A stretch of 64,000 nt of DNA from Antechinus flavipes (Eukaryota). A model generated the notes under the pieces. The model saw nothing but the letters and a program-made list of their open reading frames with translations. It ran no database searches and was not told the DNA's origin. Below are positions 62,791 through 64,000 of this stretch, one piece after another. A program made the translations under genes and the position numbers. The stretch is from the NCBI RefSeq assembly GCF_016432865.1, contig NC_067399.1:389670001-389734000 (forward strand), read 5' to 3'. Position 1 is the first letter of the stretch. Each line of letters opens with the position of its first letter.

Positions 62791-64000
62791 TCTCTCTGGT
62801 CTGTGAATGTTAAAAAATATATATTTTGATAACTCTATTTTAGTATTTCATTTGCAATCCTAAATTTTTTTTGCATTTAAAAGCCTTATTCTGAGGAGGC
62901 ATAGACTTCACCAGACTGCTAAAGGAGTCTGTAACATAAAAATGTTAAATATAATTGCTTAAGTCTTCATCAGGATTTTTGGTCCACTTCTTCTCATTCA
63001 TTTCCCACTATATGTAATATTAATGTGTATTACATTTTATGATAATGCTTTTTTCAGTTTACATTTTTTTCATAAAGGTTCCACAGAGTGAAAGCTAGAA
63101 GGGAATTCAGAGATTATTTAGTCAAAATTCTTCATTTTACAGATGAGGAAACAGGCCAGAGAGCTTAAATGATTTACTTAAGGTCTCACAGGTAACAGAA
63201 CTGGGACCCAGGTTCTTTGACCCCTAAATCCAGTAGCATTGTAGCAGATTTTTTTTTGGCAAACCTTATATTTGTTTATCTTAATTGTATTATTATATTC
63301 TATTACATTTATATGGAACAATTTATGTAACCATTCTCCTACAAAACGTTTTAATTTTTAAAAATTACATATACTGCTGTGATAGCCTTGTGTAATTTTT
63401 TTAAATTATTATTTTGATAAGATTTTCAGATTAAATTCCTGACAAAGGAAATATTGGATCACGGGGGTATCATGGGGAATATATTCTCTTGCCACATTTG
63501 GTCTTTACCTTTGCCAGCAGGTACATTAATCAGATGTTTACTATCCTTAAGAATGACTTAATTTGTTTTCTCTCTGTGTTCCTCTTGGTCTTTTTGAGGT
63601 CAGACACCTAGTGATGGAATTTGGATCCAAGGGCCTGGTTCCAGACTCATGTCTGTCAATCCACTGCTCAGATGCCTGAAACCCTGTCTCCCACTGCCAT
63701 CCCACTGCAAGACCTAGTATCAAAATCAGTGACTCTTGGACCCACATTATGTCACATGTCCTTTGAAAGTCATATTATTAGCATTAACTAAAGCGGTGGT
63801 ATAAGGCACGAGTAGGTACTGATCCCCAGCTTCTGATTACTGGTGCACTGGGATAAACAAGTCTGCTCATGTGTCCAGTCTGATTGATCCCTCAGGGGCT
63901 TGGGCAGAACCTTGGGGGTGGCCAGTGTTCACTTGTTGAAATGTAGAATTCCTGGGCTCAGATTTGTTGATAAAAATGTTTCAAGGATTCCCCTCTTCTT

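Noticed and set aside
1-64000. tRNA, rRNA, snoRNA or vault RNA genes
   Set aside because: None recognised; tRNA-like boxes seen belong to SINE heads. A covariance-model search (Infernal/Rfam) would be needed to exclude small ncRNAs.

Overview
Mammalian genomic DNA; the L1 and SINE types and protein divergence point to a marsupial, probably a dasyurid (inference). The window is syntenic to human 5q31.3 / mouse chr18. Gene order: 3' end of ANKHD1 (+), EIF4EBP3 (+, exon 1 degenerate), SRA1 (-), APBB3 (-), SLC35A4 (+) with its spliced 103-aa uORF microprotein, an unannotated-looking 18-exon gene for a P-loop-less kinesin-motor-like/coiled-coil protein (-, probable orthologue of mouse E230025N22Rik, one frameshift), CD14 (-), an ERV/LTR cluster, and the first four coding exons of TMCO6 (+). 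Exon boundaries were read by hand from GT-AG sites and phase continuity; comparisons to human and mouse proteins are from memory, not from an alignment. Top observations: the kinesin-like gene with a single 1-nt lesion, decay or re-start of 4E-BP3 with loss of the MASK-BP3 fusion frame, an L1 insertion with an apparent ~325-bp 3' transduction, nested solo LTRs with intact 4-bp TSDs, and an RSRR furin motif plus basic tail in CD14. There is one 192-N assembly gap.
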